Below are positions 62,476 through 64,000 of a stretch of DNA of 64,000 nucleotides, piece by piece. This DNA is from a virus (taxonomy: Duplodnaviria > Caudoviricetes). Under the pieces are notes generated by a model. The model worked only from the letters and a program-made list of their open reading frames with translations, was not told where the DNA came from and searched no databases. Every line of letters begins with the position of its first letter. The stretch's first letter is position 1. The translations under genes and the position numbers were made by a program. The stretch is taken from positions 1 through 64,000 of the IMG/VR virus record IMGVR_UViG_3300028048_000092; one strand, given 5' to 3'.

Positions 62476-63894
62476 ATGCCACTGTATCATCACCAGGTTA
62501 GCACTTCTGATGTATATGTACCAACAGGGAAAACCATGCCTACAGGGGCAGTGTTCTATGCGCCGTTATCGTCTGCGTCTGCGACGGCAGCGACCGGGCA
62601 GACGTTAACGGCAAAAGGGACTGCTACATATCAGAATCAACAAGGCATCAACTGCGTTTATTTTAATGGAAGTTCTTCATATATTTACATCCCTGAAGCC
62701 CTTGCCGATACCTTTCCTGGGTTAAGTTCCAAAGATACCTTAGCTTATTGTTGCTGGTTCAACACAAAAAATAAAAATGCCGGCCAGGAGATAATCTCTT
62801 GTACAGAGGGTGGGGGGTTTAGTATTGGATTAAATTCGGACGGCAATTCGGGTTATATGCATATTTATGTGATGGCAGGTGGTTCATATTTAAATGAGAA
62901 TATTTGTCCCATTTCCAAGGTAAAACAGGATCAGTGGATGTTTATATGCGTTAATTATAACGGAAGCACTGTTGATGTATATTTAGATAACGAGAAGGTA
63001 AATTCTTTTAATAAAACTGGGAATCTTGGCATGCCGAACAACGCTCCTTTGGCGATAGGAGCAGAAAGCGCGGATCTATCTACGACGTTTTCTTCTGATT
63101 GTTTCAATGGTTATATATCTTCCGTGCGCGTCTACGACCGTGCCTTAACCCAATCGGAAATTACCACTCTATCGCAAGAGTTTGCCCTTGCCGTGGAGAC
63201 TTCCGGCTTCGATGAGCTCGGCCATCCGGTGCAATATGATTCTGCCTTTGATGCTGGGTGTTCACTTTCTTACAGCTGGGTAGACGAGAATACAATATTA
63301 TATATTCCTATGTATGGTAATTCTCCTTTTACCGATAAAAGTCAGAATCAATATTCAGTAACGAACAATGGTGTAACTGCTGTGACTAATGTCGCACCTC
63401 CTTCAGGAGGAACAGGGGCTGGATACTTAAATTCAACAAACCACTATCTATATACAGGAATTAATATCCTCAACGGTCTGACTACTTTTACGCTTGAGTT
63501 TGATTTCAGGCTGACACAAATCCCCAGCGGGGGAAATGACTGGGACGACGGCTATTACTTCGCTGCCAACGGGAATAATTACGACAATCCAGGATGCGAC
63601 ATGTATTTTGGAACCTCTCAGATTGTTCTTAATTTTGACAACTATAATAATCGGGTTGGAACTTCTTATACACCCGATACGAATTGGCACAACCTTAAGA
63701 TAACACGAGATTCATCTAATCTGGTATCCGTTTACATAGACGGCGTATTAATAAACAGCTATACCCGTTCCAATAGTTTTTACTCTGGTTCGTATGGCTT
63801 CGCGATCGGCAGAGTAGAGCCGCAGGGAGAAACCGGAGGTGCTGGTTTCCATGGGTATATAGCAAACTACCGAATTTCTAATATTGTGAGGTAA
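62476..63894 (+). CDS. Double LamG/concanavalin-like domain protein (no TAG)
   Basis: Two LamG domains (FNGSSSY...WMFI..NYNG..VDVYLD...RVYDRALT; FTLEF...WHNL.ITR....SVYIDG...GYI.NYRISN); AAGGAGG RBS. Confidence 0.88.
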   Translation: MPLYHHQVSTSDVYVPTGKTMPTGAVFYAPLSSASATAATGQTLTAKGTATYQNQQGINCVYFNGSSSYIYIPEALADTFPGLSSKDTLAYCCWFNTKNKNAGQEIISCTEGGGFSIGLNSDGNSGYMHIYVMAGGSYLNENICPISKVKQDQWMFICVNYNGSTVDVYLDNEKVNSFNKTGNLGMPNNAPLAIGAESADLSTTFSSDCFNGYISSVRVYDRALTQSEITTLSQEFALAVETSGFDELGHPVQYDSAFDAGCSLSYSWVDENTILYIPMYGNSPFTDKSQNQYSVTNNGVTAVTNVAPPSGGTGAGYLNSTNHYLYTGINILNGLTTFTLEFDFRLTQIPSGGNDWDDGYYFAANGNNYDNPGCDMYFGTSQIVLNFDNYNNRVGTSYTPDTNWHNLKITRDSSNLVSVYIDGVLINSYTRSNSFYSGSYGFAIGRVEPQGETGGAGFHGYIANYRISNIVR

Positions 63895-63899
63895 ATATC

Positions 63900-64000
63900 A
63901 TGATATATCACCACCAATACAGCAACAAAGAAGTTTCGGCTGTTCCAACTACATTTACATCCAATACTTCTATTTCAGGATATGTATGTTCGGCAAGTAA
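63900..64000 (+). CDS. Start of a further virion-type gene, 3'-truncated
   Basis: MIYHHQYS... resembles the MPLYHHQVS start of the previous gene. Confidence 0.55.
   Translation, partial: MIYHHQYSNKEVSAVPTTFTSNTSISGYVCSAS

Noticed and set aside
1-64000. Amber suppressor tRNA (anticodon CUA) or release factor gene
   Set aside because: Looked for but not found by eye in this window; it may lie elsewhere in the genome.

Overview
The window is part of a large lytic-type (jumbo-like) phage genome with two compartments. (1) Positions 1-44.2 kb are dense, all on the + strand, and hold early/middle genes. These genes end in TAA or TGA and almost never contain TAG. They include a retron-type reverse transcriptase with an upstream msr/msd-like RNA, coupled to a ubiquitin-like cassette (E2, JAB/JAMM, ThiF/E1, poly-Ubl). 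Also present: a RusA-like resolvase, ThyX, anaerobic RNR nrdD (split by a group I intron and a Met-initiated mini-intein), nrdG, NadM-Nudix plus NAMPT (NAD salvage), a primase, patatin, a sigma-70 factor, many paralog families, a D-armless tRNA-like gene, and four dispersed copies of a retron-ncRNA-shaped structured RNA. (2) Positions 44.2-64 kb look fragmented in the ORF track but become long, clean genes when TAG is read as sense: an Aah/TibC-like heptosyltransferase, a 1388-aa Cys-rich protein, and tail fibre/BppU/LamG/LRR proteins. Paralog alignments inside the window and conserved motifs of the heptosyltransferase family indicate that TAG encodes glutamate, not the glutamine reported for amber-recoded phages. 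The junction region also holds a TLD-only mini-tmRNA and a large structured non-coding segment. All translations and alignments were done by eye; no database searches were run.
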